Notes: generated by a model from the letters alone, not told the origin. 64,000 nucleotides of DNA from an uncultured bacterium (GCA_938084905.1 CALKEQ010000013.1:3786-67785); one strand, 5' to 3'. Positions 1 to 9,786 are shown, counted from the first letter of the stretch. Numbers and translations are program-made.

Positions 1-389
1 TCCCTCAGCTTAAGAAGAAGAATATAACAACAACACCTCAGGTGGGTCCCTCATCGTATTTTGGTGGCAGAAAACCAGAAGATGGGTTAATCCATTGGGA
101 GAAGGATGCACTATCCATATACAACCTTGTACGCGCAGTAACCCATCCTTATCCTGGGGCTTTCACATTCCTTGAAGGAAAAAAACTCTACGTCTGGAAG
201 GCATATCCTGAAGAGAAAGAACATTCATTTACTCCAGGAAGTGTAATTTCCACAGATCCTCTTTGTGTAGCAACAGGACGTGGGGTTTTAAGGCTGGACA
301 GAGTTCAACTGGAAGGGGACGAGGAAATGGAAGGGAGAATTTTTGCTAGGAAGTACAATCTCTTTCAAAGTAAACTGGGAGAAAAATGA
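1..389 (+). CDS. Formyltransferase, C-terminal part (Fmt/ArnA N-domain-like); the 5' end lies upstream of the window
   Basis: Frame 3 is open from base 3, with no stop before the listed GTG at 42. [14 protein letters not shown]...[12 protein letters not shown]...YVW resembles the C-terminal subdomain of ArnA/Fmt formyltransferases. The stop overlaps the next start (ATGA at 386-389). Confidence 0.8.
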   Translation, partial: PQLKKKNITTTPQVGPSSYFGGRKPEDGLIHWEKDALSIYNLVRAVTHPYPGAFTFLEGKKLYVWKAYPEEKEHSFTPGSVISTDPLCVATGRGVLRLDRVQLEGDEEMEGRIFARKYNLFQSKLGEK

Positions 390-1420
390 AGTTACTAATC
401 CTCGGAGTAAACGGTTTCATAGGAAGCAATCTTACGGAAAGGGTACTAAAGGAAAAGGATTGGGAAATATACGGGATGGACATAAAAGATGACAAAATTC
501 AGGAGTTCATCGGAAACAAAAGATTTCAATTTGTTGAAGGTGATGTGACAATAAACAGGGAATGGATAGAGTACCATGTGAAAAAGTGCGATGTCATTAT
601 TCCGCTTGTTGCAATTGCCACACCCGCCTCATATATAAAAGATCCTCTGCGCGTTTTTGAAATAGATTTCGAGGCTAATCTTAAGATCGTGAGACTATGT
701 GTGAAGTACAACAAGAGACTTGTTTTCCCTTCAACTTCCGAGGTTTATGGAATGTGTACTGATAAGGAATTCGATGAGGACAGAAGTTTCCTCGTTCTAG
801 GCCCTATAAGAAATCAGAGATGGATTTACAGTGCCTCAAAGCAGCTATTGGATAGGGTCATATGGGCTTATGGATACCAAAAGGGTCTTAAATTTACGCT
901 TTTTAGACCTTTTAACTGGATAGGTCCGAAACTGGACGAACTCACCTTGGAGCCTGAAAAAGAGGGGAGTTCGAGGGTGGTAACCCAGTTCATAAGCAAC
1001 CTTTTGCTTGGAGAACCTATAAGACTTGTGGATGGTGGTTGGCAAAGAAGGTGTTTTACTTATATTGATGACGGCCTCGACTGTCTCATAAAAATCATAG
1101 AGAACGAAAATGGAAAATGTGACGGGGAGATATTCAACATTGGAAATCCTATGAATGACATAACCATAAGGGATCTAGCTTATAAACTGAGGGACATCTT
1201 CATGAACCATCCCGCCACCAGAGGTATAAAGAAGATTTCCGAAATCGTAGAGGTGAGTTCAAAGGAATACTACGGAGATGGTTATCAGGACATGAGCTTT
1301 CGTGTTCCCTCCATAGATAAAGCCAAAAGAATACTTGGGTGGAGCCCAAAGATAGGCCTTGACGAAGCACTAAAAAGAACACTCGACTATTACCTAGAGA
1401 GGATAAATAAAAATGGATGA
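386..1420 (+). CDS. arnA: UDP-glucuronate oxidative decarboxylase (ArnA C-terminal domain-like, SDR family)
   Basis: [46 protein letters not shown] and [18 protein letters not shown] are near-identical to the remembered E. coli ArnA decarboxylase domain. Confidence 0.9.
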   Translation: MKLLILGVNGFIGSNLTERVLKEKDWEIYGMDIKDDKIQEFIGNKRFQFVEGDVTINREWIEYHVKKCDVIIPLVAIATPASYIKDPLRVFEIDFEANLKIVRLCVKYNKRLVFPSTSEVYGMCTDKEFDEDRSFLVLGPIRNQRWIYSASKQLLDRVIWAYGYQKGLKFTLFRPFNWIGPKLDELTLEPEKEGSSRVVTQFISNLLLGEPIRLVDGGWQRRCFTYIDDGLDCLIKIIENENGKCDGEIFNIGNPMNDITIRDLAYKLRDIFMNHPATRGIKKISEIVEVSSKEYYGDGYQDMSFRVPSIDKAKRILGWSPKIGLDEALKRTLDYYLERINKNG

Positions 1421-2057
1421 AAAAAGATTCTACATGGTTGGGGTAATCCACGGGGATAGATCTGCCAAAGGGAGACTCAAAGAAATTATTCGAGCCATAG
1501 ACCCCGATATGATAACTGTTGAGTTCACAAATTATGGGCTTAACTTCAGAAGGAACAATTCGAAGTATCTCAAAAGAAGGATTAAAAGAATCGCACGTCT
1601 ACTAAAGATTCGCTCAGAGTCTCTCTCGAACATAAGGAATTTTTTGGATTTGCCTTACGAGTATTTAGTCGCAAGGGAATACGCTAAAAAGAAGGGGATC
1701 CCCTTATACCTTGTGGATATGGATTTTTTCTCCTTCTTTCGCCTGAGGTACGCCCAGGACCTATTCAAAGAAGAAAACCTTAAGAAAATGGCAGAAGAGA
1801 AGCGCCTTCATGGACTGGACATTGAAAGGAGAATTGCTGATATGTACTTCCATAAAAACAGAAAGCTCTTTAGCCCTTCTCAGGAAATGAGAATTAGAGA
1901 CGAATACGCTTTCAGGCTTATCAGTAAGCTTTTGGAAGCAAACGGAGGAAAGCTTCTACATATTTGCGGCTGGCAACACCTTGTAGATGAGTACGGTTAC
2001 TTTTCAAGACTCAATCCGCAAAAAATCTACATTTATGATAAAGCTTTTGGTCTTTGA
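1413..2057 (+). CDS. Hypothetical protein, possibly TraB/GumN-like
   Basis: 214-aa ORF overlapping both neighbours. The pattern VIHGD...ITVEF...YLVDMD...RDEY...HICGWQHL loosely resembles TraB/PrgY-family motifs. The family call is weak. Confidence 0.55.
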   Translation: MDEKRFYMVGVIHGDRSAKGRLKEIIRAIDPDMITVEFTNYGLNFRRNNSKYLKRRIKRIARLLKIRSESLSNIRNFLDLPYEYLVAREYAKKKGIPLYLVDMDFFSFFRLRYAQDLFKEENLKKMAEEKRLHGLDIERRIADMYFHKNRKLFSPSQEMRIRDEYAFRLISKLLEANGGKLLHICGWQHLVDEYGYFSRLNPQKIYIYDKAFGL

Positions 2058-2658
2058 TCTTGGCGGAGTTATTCTTCCCTTTGAACATAAAAAAATAGCT
2101 TTCAAGTTGCACGAAAAATCTGATCTTAAGGACAAAACAGATCCGGAAGAAATATTCGATTTTTTATTCGATTCCGTAAATGGTTTAGTAAATCCTTACG
2201 AGGAAGGAAAGATGAGCTCAATTGAGTTTTATGAGGAGCTCAAGCGTCGATTCCGATTGAGGCTTTTCTTTGAAGAGTTCAAGGAGATATGGAACCCTAT
2301 TTTCACCGAAGACCAAGAAGTAGTGGAGATTTTAAAGAGCTTAAAAGAGATGGGTTACCCTCTCTTTCTTCTAAGTAACACGAACGAGCTTCATTTTTCA
2401 TACATCAGAGAAAATTATCCAGTTGTTTACCTTCTGGATAGATGGATCCTTTCCTACGAGGTAGGGGCAAAAAAACCAAAAAAGGCTATCTACGACGCAA
2501 TTTTTGAAAATGTTAATCTTGCTCCCTGGGAGGTCTTTTACGTTGATGATCAAGAACAATACGTTGATGCGGCCAAAAAACTAGGGATACAGGCTGTCCA
2601 ATTCGTTGGAGCAAAAAATTTGAGAGAAATCCTGAAAGAGGAAGGTTTACTTCCATGA
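2035..2658 (+). CDS. HAD-IA family hydrolase, YihX-like (sugar-phosphate phosphatase-like)
   Basis: An internal ATG at 2035 gives [13 protein letters not shown] (HAD motif I, DLG variant as in E. coli YihX). LLSNTNELH and FYVDDQ match HAD motifs II and IV. The ORF-track start at 1987 would lie deep inside the upstream gene. Confidence 0.8.
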   Translation: MIKLLVFDLGGVILPFEHKKIAFKLHEKSDLKDKTDPEEIFDFLFDSVNGLVNPYEEGKMSSIEFYEELKRRFRLRLFFEEFKEIWNPIFTEDQEVVEILKSLKEMGYPLFLLSNTNELHFSYIRENYPVVYLLDRWILSYEVGAKKPKKAIYDAIFENVNLAPWEVFYVDDQEQYVDAAKKLGIQAVQFVGAKNLREILKEEGLLP

Positions 2659-3440
2659 TAAAGTATCCGAATATTGATCCTGAAATCTTGAGGATAGGAC
2701 CCTTTTCTTTGAGATGGTACGGCCTTATGTATCTTATTGGGTTTGTCGTTTCTTATTTCCTTACGCTTCGGGAGGTTAGGAAAAAATCCGTTTCCATAAG
2801 AAGAGAACATCTTGACGACCTTTACTTTTCCCTTATCATTGGACTCATTGTTGGCGCAAGGATCGGATATGTGGTTTTTTACAACCTCGACTTTTACATT
2901 AAGAATCCCTTAGAAATTTTAATGATATGGCACGGAGGGATGTCGTTTCACGGCGGACTAATCGGTACGGTAATTGCTGGTTACATTTTTGCAAAAAAAA
3001 GGGGTTTTTCCTTCTTCATGCTGGCCGATCTTGTAACCCCATCATGTCCAATAGGGCTTGGACTTGGAAGAATCGGAAATTTCATAAACGGGGAACTTTA
3101 CGGAAAAGTTACAACTGTTCCGTGGGCAATGGTCTTTCCGAAAGGCGGTCCTGTGCCAAGGCATCCTTCCCAGTTATATGAGGCTTTTTTTGAAGGACTC
3201 CTTCTTTTTCTCATCCTATGGTTTTACAAGGAGAAAAAAAGATTCCACGGAGATACCTTTACCCTGTTCCTAATCCTATACGGTGTTTTCCGTATCTTTT
3301 GTGAATTCTTTAGAGAGCCAGATGCTCCGGAGATTGTCTTCTCACTTTCCCGTGGACAGTTATTGAGCCTTTTCATGATCCTTTTTGGCATATGCGTAAG
3401 GATTTTAAAAGGAAAGACTGAGAATGTGTTATATAATTAG
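2655..3440 (+). CDS. lgt: Prolipoprotein diacylglyceryl transferase
   Basis: IGPFSLRWYGLMYLIGF, HGGLIG, GRIGNFINGELYG and HPSQLYE are Lgt signature blocks. ATGA overlap with the upstream gene. Confidence 0.95.
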   Translation: MIKYPNIDPEILRIGPFSLRWYGLMYLIGFVVSYFLTLREVRKKSVSIRREHLDDLYFSLIIGLIVGARIGYVVFYNLDFYIKNPLEILMIWHGGMSFHGGLIGTVIAGYIFAKKRGFSFFMLADLVTPSCPIGLGLGRIGNFINGELYGKVTTVPWAMVFPKGGPVPRHPSQLYEAFFEGLLLFLILWFYKEKKRFHGDTFTLFLILYGVFRIFCEFFREPDAPEIVFSLSRGQLLSLFMILFGICVRILKGKTENVLYN

Positions 3441-3533
3441 ATACCCAAATACCGCCTGTTGGGGAGTGGGTATCAAAAAAAGGCGGAAAAAAATACCCCA
3501 ACTTCAGTCCAAAGGGACTGAAAAAGGAGAGGT

Positions 3534-4895
3534 ATGAACAAGGCTATTTTACGAGAGTACGACATAAGGGGACATGTAAAAAAGGACCTTACAGATGATG
3601 TTGTACTTTCTATTGGAAGAGCTTTCGCAACACTGATGCGTGAAAATGATAAAAAAAAGGCAAGCTTAGGAAGGGACTGTAGACTAACGTCAGAGCACTA
3701 TAGGAACCTCCTTATAGAGGGGATGGTAGATGGAGGACTTGAGGTTTTAGACCTTGGGGTTGTCCCCACACCCCTCTTTTACTTCTCTCTATTTAAGCTG
3801 GATGTGGATGGTGGAATAATGGTCACAGGCAGCCACAATCCACCTGAATACAACGGCTTCAAAATTGCCATTGGCAAGTCCACAATCTTCGGAGAAAAAA
3901 TAAAGTACCTGGGAAAAATAATAGAGGAGAAAAGATTCGTCAAAGGAAAGGGAAGTGTGAAGCAGTACGAAGGGATAATAGAAGACTATTACAATTTCTT
4001 AAGGAAGGACATAAAACTCACAACTCGGTTTAAAGTAGTTGTTGACGCGGGAAATGGCACCGGGGGATACGTGGCCTGCCCCATACTCAGAGAGTTTGGC
4101 CAAGAAGTTATTGAACTCTACTGTGAGATGGACGGGAATTTTCCGAACCATTTTCCCGATCCCACAATAGAGAGTTATATGGAGAAGCTTAAAGAAACTG
4201 TTGTAAGGGAGGGTGCTGACTGTGGTATAGCCTTTGACGGAGATGCGGACCGTATCGGGGTGGTCGATGACAAGGGGAAAATAATCTGGGGCGACTATCT
4301 CATGATAATCTTTGCACGGGACATTCTAAAGGAGAGGAAGGGAGCTTATTTTGTCTCAGAGGTAAAGTGTTCGAAAAACCTTTTCGAGGACATAGAACGA
4401 CACGGAGGAAAGGCAATAATGTGGAAGGCAGGCCACTCTCTAATAAAACAGAAGATGAAAGAGGTGGGAGCTCTACTTGCGGGAGAGATGAGTGGACACA
4501 TGTTCTTTGCTGATCGTTATTACGGCTATGACGATGCCATATACGCTTCCTTGAGGCTTCTCGAGGTTATGGAAAAGGAAAGAAGGCCATTGTCCGACCT
4601 CCTTTCAGATCTTCCGAAGATGTACGCTACCCCTGAGATAAGGATCGACTGTCCAGATGAGATTAAGTTTTCTGTGATTGAGAGACTAAAGGAAATTTAC
4701 AGAGGGAAGTTCGAAATGATAGACATAGATGGCGTAAGAGTCCTATTTAGGGACGGATGGGCACTAGCCAGGCCATCAAACACACAACCCGTCATCGTTT
4801 TGAGATTTGAAGCTGAAAGCGAGGAATCATTAAAGAGGCTTGAGAAGATGGTTAAGGAAGATCTTGAGAAGATAATGAAGGAGTATGGATACTGA
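3534..4895 (+). CDS. Phosphomannomutase/phosphoglucomutase
   Basis: Active-site loop TGSHNPPEYNGFK, metal loop FDGDADR and GEMSGH. Shine-Dalgarno (SD) AAGGAGAGG lies 3-11 nt upstream of the ATG. Confidence 0.92.
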   Translation: MNKAILREYDIRGHVKKDLTDDVVLSIGRAFATLMRENDKKKASLGRDCRLTSEHYRNLLIEGMVDGGLEVLDLGVVPTPLFYFSLFKLDVDGGIMVTGSHNPPEYNGFKIAIGKSTIFGEKIKYLGKIIEEKRFVKGKGSVKQYEGIIEDYYNFLRKDIKLTTRFKVVVDAGNGTGGYVACPILREFGQEVIELYCEMDGNFPNHFPDPTIESYMEKLKETVVREGADCGIAFDGDADRIGVVDDKGKIIWGDYLMIIFARDILKERKGAYFVSEVKCSKNLFEDIERHGGKAIMWKAGHSLIKQKMKEVGALLAGEMSGHMFFADRYYGYDDAIYASLRLLEVMEKERRPLSDLLSDLPKMYATPEIRIDCPDEIKFSVIERLKEIYRGKFEMIDIDGVRVLFRDGWALARPSNTQPVIVLRFEAESEESLKRLEKMVKEDLEKIMKEYGY

Positions 4896-7161
4896 TTTTT
4901 ACATCCCTTCAAATGTCTCTAGACCAGCCAGGTACTTAGGGATAGAGAGAAACGCGGTCTTTAAGGATCTTGAGCGTGTAAGGGTAAGATTTGCCCTATG
5001 TTACCCTGACATTTATGAAGTGGGGATGTCATACTACGGCTACTTCCTCCTTTACGAGATCGCCAACGCGCAGGAAGATGTCTGGTGCGAAAGATGCTTT
5101 GCCCCATGGGTGGACATGGAGTCTTTCCTTAGGGAGTCGAAGAGACCCCTCTTTACAATTGAGTCGAAGACCCCTCTCTTTAAGATGGACATTGTGGGCT
5201 TTTCTTTGACGTACGAATTAAACATGACCAACGTACTGAACATGATGGAACTCGGCTGGATAAAGCAGAAGGCGGAGGAGAGAAGAGACGATCCGGTTGT
5301 GATAGCTGGCGGGCCCTCCATGATGAATCCTGCTCCATATGAGCCATTCTTTGATCTTATAGTTATCGGTGAGGCAGAGCACGTACTTGTTGAACTTCTA
5401 AACAGATTTAAAGAATTAAAAGGTATGGAAAGGTGGAAAATAATAAGGGAACTTGCAGATCTTGACGGTGTTTACTCGCCAATTTTCCCCAAAGACAGGG
5501 TTACTCGCCTCTACGTAAAGGATCTAGACGCATCCTTTCACGCAAAGAAGCCTCCTGTCGCAATTGTAGGAAGCATCCATGACAGATTGAACGTGGAAAT
5601 ATCGAGGGGATGTGGTAGTGGGTGTAGGTTCTGCCTCGCAGGGTACATCTACAGACCTTACAGGGAAAGAAGCCTTGAAAACGTAAAGGAGATTTTGGAT
5701 TGTGCAATCATGTCAACAGGCTACGAAGAGGTATCTTTTCTCTCTTTGAGTGCGGGAGATCACACACAGCTGACCAACATCCTCTGGTACGTATCCGAAA
5801 GATTTCCCGGTACCTCCATTTCTTTACCCTCCTTAAGGATCGGTAGCCTAAGCGAGGAAGAGATCTCCCTTATAGGAAGGACTTCCAGAACGGGATTAAC
5901 ATTCGCACTTGAGGCGGCATCTGAAAGTCTAAGAAAAAGGATAAATAAAAAGATAGATCTCGACTCTTTTTATAGGCAGATCCCTTCTCTCATTAAACAT
6001 GGATGGAGATATGTAAAGATATACCTGATGGTTGGGTTCCCATGGGAGACGGAGGAGGACTTCCAAGACCTTATGACATCCATCTATCCCTTGATAAAGT
6101 GGGGGATGGAAGTTCAGCTCTCAATCTCTCCGTTTGTTCCCAAACCACATACCCCTTTTCAGTACCTTGGAATGGACAAAGAGGTGAACTTAAGGGAAAA
6201 AATAAAGATTATCAAAGATCTGTTTAAAGGTAGAAAGGTGAAAGTAAGATTTAGAGACGTAAAACAATCATTTGCAGAAGCGATCATATCGCGGGGAGAC
6301 AAAAGACTCTCAGAACTTTTCTCGTACCTGAGAAGGCACAAAGTTAGAATGGAAGCTTGGAGGGAATTTTTCAACTTTCAAAGATACGTGGATTGGTTCA
6401 ATTCAGCGGGGCTAGAAATGGAGGTCTATCTAGGCGAAAGAAGACCGAACGAGAATCTTCCCTGGGACTTTATAGATTCAGGGATAAGCAAAGACTTTCT
6501 GTTTGAGGAGTACAGGAAATCTGAATCCGCTCTTCAGACACCAGACTGCTTTGTTGAATGTTCTTCTTGCGGGGTTTGCCAGAGCAACCGTCTTCTCCAT
6601 AAAGCAAAGTCTTCAATGGAAAAGCTTTCCCTGCATGAGAAAGAGATGAGACCGGTAAAGAAAATTTCACTCAGGTACGGAAAATTGGGCAAGGCAAAGT
6701 ACATTGGCCATATTGACACCATGAAATCCATTATTCGCGCATTGCGGTCATCTGGTATTTTATTTAAGATGCATGGAAAGTACCATCCCATGCCGAAAGT
6801 CTCACTCTCCCCAGCCATTCCAGTGGGTCTTGAAAGTACGTGCGAGTGGATTGTTGCGGAGGTAGTCGACATAAATTACGATTTCGCCTCAATTAAGAAG
6901 CTTCTAAACCTTTATCTGCCAAAAGGAATCAGGGTTTTTGAGATCCTGGAAGGTAAACTCGAAGGGCATCCCTCAGTGTACCTTATAGTTAGCCAAAACG
7001 GGCAGAAAAAAGAAGGTTTTGAACTATTAAGGGAAAGGAATGGGAAAAGGTTCTACGTTTTTCGTGGCACGAACATAAAAGAGATTCTGAAGGATGGGAA
7101 ATTTGAACGGATAGTAAAGATAAGGGAAGGGAAAGAACATGTTCTCCGAGTTACTGATTAA
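4885..7161 (+). CDS. B12-binding-domain radical SAM protein fused to a DUF2344-like C-terminal domain (TIGR03960/TIGR03936-type)
   Basis: N-terminal PARYLGIERN and radical-SAM CGSGCRFC (CX3CX2C). The C-terminal third (LRYGKLGKAKYIGHIDTMK...) resembles DUF2344. 758 aa. Confidence 0.85.
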   Translation: MDTDFYIPSNVSRPARYLGIERNAVFKDLERVRVRFALCYPDIYEVGMSYYGYFLLYEIANAQEDVWCERCFAPWVDMESFLRESKRPLFTIESKTPLFKMDIVGFSLTYELNMTNVLNMMELGWIKQKAEERRDDPVVIAGGPSMMNPAPYEPFFDLIVIGEAEHVLVELLNRFKELKGMERWKIIRELADLDGVYSPIFPKDRVTRLYVKDLDASFHAKKPPVAIVGSIHDRLNVEISRGCGSGCRFCLAGYIYRPYRERSLENVKEILDCAIMSTGYEEVSFLSLSAGDHTQLTNILWYVSERFPGTSISLPSLRIGSLSEEEISLIGRTSRTGLTFALEAASESLRKRINKKIDLDSFYRQIPSLIKHGWRYVKIYLMVGFPWETEEDFQDLMTSIYPLIKWGMEVQLSISPFVPKPHTPFQYLGMDKEVNLREKIKIIKDLFKGRKVKVRFRDVKQSFAEAIISRGDKRLSELFSYLRRHKVRMEAWREFFNFQRYVDWFNSAGLEMEVYLGERRPNENLPWDFIDSGISKDFLFEEYRKSESALQTPDCFVECSSCGVCQSNRLLHKAKSSMEKLSLHEKEMRPVKKISLRYGKLGKAKYIGHIDTMKSIIRALRSSGILFKMHGKYHPMPKVSLSPAIPVGLESTCEWIVAEVVDINYDFASIKKLLNLYLPKGIRVFEILEGKLEGHPSVYLIVSQNGQKKEGFELLRERNGKRFYVFRGTNIKEILKDGKFERIVKIREGKEHVLRVTD

Positions 7162-8620
7162 CGTTACTTTCAACGAGACGAGAATAGCCCTTCTCGAAAA
7201 CGGCTCCCTAGTAGAATTTTTTATGGAGAGGAAGAATGAGAAAGGGATCGTCGGGAACATTTATAAGGGGAAAGTCGTTCGCATTCTCCCAGGAATGGAT
7301 GCGGCTTTTGTAGATATAGGCATAGGAAAGGCCTCTTTCCTTTACGTCAAAGATGTGGTTATCGATCCAGGTATTTATGAGGATTTTGAGGAATCTTCAT
7401 ATTCTGCTGATCAAAAGGATAGAATAGAGTGGGTCCTGGAAGAGGGTCAGGAGCTTATAGTACAGGTCACGAGAGAACCCGTTGGAAATAAGGGCACAAG
7501 AGTTACTTCCAAAATCACTCTTCCCGGTAGGTTATTGGTGCTTATGCCTGCAATGAACCACGTTGGTGTCTCGAGAAGAATACTCAATGAAAATGAGAGG
7601 AGAAGACTGAGCCAGATCCTAAAGGAGATTTGCCCGCGTGGCTTTGGTCTTATTGCAAGAACAGCCTCTGAAGGGAAAGAGAGGAAAGATCTGGAGGAAG
7701 ATCTTAACTTCCTTATGCGAATATGGAAAAACATCGTGGAGAAGGCGGAAAGGGTTCATGCTCCAAGGATCCTTCATGAGGATCTCGGGCTCATATACAG
7801 GGTCATCCGTGACTTATACGCTCACAATTTGAGCAGAATCGTTGTAGATGATGAGGAGGTTTTTTATTCTGTGAAAGAGTTCATGAAAACCCATCTTCCC
7901 GATCTTAAATGCGATGTCCAAATGTACGATGGTAAAGTTCCAATATTTGACGCATTCGGCATCGAAATGGACCTCGAAAAAATACATGAGAAGAAGGTTT
8001 ACCTTAAATCTGGAGGTTACATCGTTTTCGATTACACTGAGGCTTTGACTGTGATAGATGTGAATACTGGAAAGTATCTTGGGAAAAAGAACCTAGAAGA
8101 TACGATACTTAAAACAAACCTTGAGGCGGCAAAGGAAATCGCTTATCAGATACGTTTGAGGAACATAGGAGGGATAATAGTAATAGACTTCATAGACATG
8201 GAAAAAGAGGAATCGAGGCAACTTGTCTATAAAACGCTCTGTGAGTTCTTGAAAAAGGATAGGATAAAAACCATTGTTTATCCCATAAGCGAAATAGGAA
8301 TAGTACAGCTCACCAGAAAGAGAACGGGGAGCAATGTCCTTGGCATGCTTCTCGAGCCCTGTCCTACCTGTGAGGGATCGGGGTATGTGAGATCAAGATA
8401 CTCTGTTTGCTACTCCGTTCTCAGGGAATTAAAGTACGCTTGTATTAATGAGGAGGCAAGGGCCTTTAAAGTCAACTTATCGCCTGAGGTTGCAAAACTG
8501 ATTTATGAGGAAGAAAAAGATGCGATAGAATTTCTCGAATCTCATTACGGAAAAAAGATAAATATAGTAGCCGTTCCGGAATTTTCAACAGACCATTATA
8601 GCGTAGAAAGGGTGCTGTGA
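7139..8620 (+). CDS. rng: Ribonuclease G/E family endoribonuclease
   Basis: S1-domain GNIYKGKVVRILPGMDAAFVDIG. Catalytic-core blocks GGYIVFDYTEALTVIDVNTG and GGIIVIDFIDM. 23-nt overlap with the radical SAM gene. Confidence 0.93.
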   Translation: MFSELLINVTFNETRIALLENGSLVEFFMERKNEKGIVGNIYKGKVVRILPGMDAAFVDIGIGKASFLYVKDVVIDPGIYEDFEESSYSADQKDRIEWVLEEGQELIVQVTREPVGNKGTRVTSKITLPGRLLVLMPAMNHVGVSRRILNENERRRLSQILKEICPRGFGLIARTASEGKERKDLEEDLNFLMRIWKNIVEKAERVHAPRILHEDLGLIYRVIRDLYAHNLSRIVVDDEEVFYSVKEFMKTHLPDLKCDVQMYDGKVPIFDAFGIEMDLEKIHEKKVYLKSGGYIVFDYTEALTVIDVNTGKYLGKKNLEDTILKTNLEAAKEIAYQIRLRNIGGIIVIDFIDMEKEESRQLVYKTLCEFLKKDRIKTIVYPISEIGIVQLTRKRTGSNVLGMLLEPCPTCEGSGYVRSRYSVCYSVLRELKYACINEEARAFKVNLSPEVAKLIYEEEKDAIEFLESHYGKKINIVAVPEFSTDHYSVERVL

Positions 8621-8624
8621 CAAT

Positions 8625-9461
8625 TTGGAGTCCTTTCTGCCCTCTTTCGCAAAGGTAAACCTATTCCTAAAAGTTTTGAGAAAAAGGGACGATGGTTACC
8701 ATGACATAGTGAGCCTCGTAGATTTGATCTCACTTTCCGATTCAATAAGAATAAAAGAAACGGAAGAGGATCAGATAGTTGTGAAAAGGATAAGTGGAGA
8801 GATGCCAGAAGGAAGGGAAAATGTAATCTACAGGGCAGTTGAACTTTTAAAACAGAGGTTTTCGATAAAAAAAGGAATAGTCGTGGAAGTAAAGAAGAGA
8901 ATCCCTCTTGGAGCCGGTCTTGGAGGTGGAAGCAGTAATGCCGCCACAGTTATAAGGGCCTTAAACAGTCTCTGGGATTTAAAAATCTCCCCCTCCGAGC
9001 TCTTAGAGATTGGAAAGTCAATTGGTGCTGACGTTCCGCTTTTTCTCTACGGTAAGGCATGCATAATAAGAGGTGTGGGTGAAAAGATAACTCCCGTTAC
9101 TCTTCCCCGAATATGGTACTTAATAGTTTATCCCGAGGTGGAGATGAAATCGAAAGAAGTTTACAGTCGCGTTAAAATCGTATTGACAAAAAATGGAGAT
9201 GATATTAAATTGAAAAAAAATTTCAGTTCGTTGGAAGAGGTAGTGAGGATTCTTGAGAATGACCTTGAAGAAACGGTGATTGAGATGTGTCCGAAAATTG
9301 GGGAAATAAAAGACCTCCTCACCTCCTGTGGAGCCAAAGGTGCGCTAGTGACTGGTAGTGGTTCATCGGTTTTTGGATGCTTTGAAGATAAAAAAAGCGC
9401 GGAAAGGGCAGCAAGGAGCATGGCTCCTTACGGAAGGGTCTTCGTTGCCTGTAGTATCTAG
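8625..9461 (+). CDS. ispE: 4-diphosphocytidyl-2-C-methyl-D-erythritol kinase
   Basis: APAKVNL-type N-terminus (SFAKVNLFLKV) and GHMP kinase loop PLGAGLGGGSSNAA. TTG start. Confidence 0.92.
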   Translation: MESFLPSFAKVNLFLKVLRKRDDGYHDIVSLVDLISLSDSIRIKETEEDQIVVKRISGEMPEGRENVIYRAVELLKQRFSIKKGIVVEVKKRIPLGAGLGGGSSNAATVIRALNSLWDLKISPSELLEIGKSIGADVPLFLYGKACIIRGVGEKITPVTLPRIWYLIVYPEVEMKSKEVYSRVKIVLTKNGDDIKLKKNFSSLEEVVRILENDLEETVIEMCPKIGEIKDLLTSCGAKGALVTGSGSSVFGCFEDKKSAERAARSMAPYGRVFVACSI

Positions 9462-9469
9462 GAGGAAAT

Positions 9470-9708
9470 GTGGAGATAAAAAGGAAGAGAGTTAAGGTTT
9501 ACGCCTCGATACTCTTCGATAACTGCTTTATGGTTAGGGACCTAAGAATAACTCCTTGCGTAGGAGAATCCTTGACGCTAGGCCGAGTAAAAAATGAAAG
9601 GATGGAACGTTAAGGGATTGCGTCCATCCTCTAAAAACGAAAAAAGGGGGAGAAGATAGAGAGCACCGTTCTAGAAAGAGAGATTTGAAAAGAAGAAAAG
9701 AAAGCTAA
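9470..9708 (+). pseudogene. spoVG: spoVG relic (frameshifted, in-frame TGA)
   Basis: The frame from GTG 9470 reads VKVYASILFDNCFMVRDLRI (compare SpoVG AIASITLDHEFVVHDIRVI). A second frame (9544-9708) reads ARPSKK*KDGTLRDCVHPL (compare AMPSKRTPDGEFRDIAHPI), with TGA at 9595-9597. No intact ORF exists. An intact GGAGG SD sits at 9461-9465. Confidence 0.6.
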
Positions 9709-9714
9709 CACTTT

Positions 9715-9786
9715 TGGGGCGTCGTCAAGCGGTAAGACACGGGCCTTTGGAGCCCGCATTCGGAGGTTCGAATCCTCCCGCCCCAG
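9715..9786 (+). tRNA. tRNA-Gln (anticodon UUG)
   Basis: Cloverleaf read by eye: acceptor TGGGGCG/CGCCCCA, anticodon stem CGGGC/GCCCG with loop CTTTGGA, T-arm GGAGG-TTCGAAT-CCTCC, discriminator G. CCA is not encoded. Close to the remembered E. coli tRNA-Gln. Confidence 0.9.
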
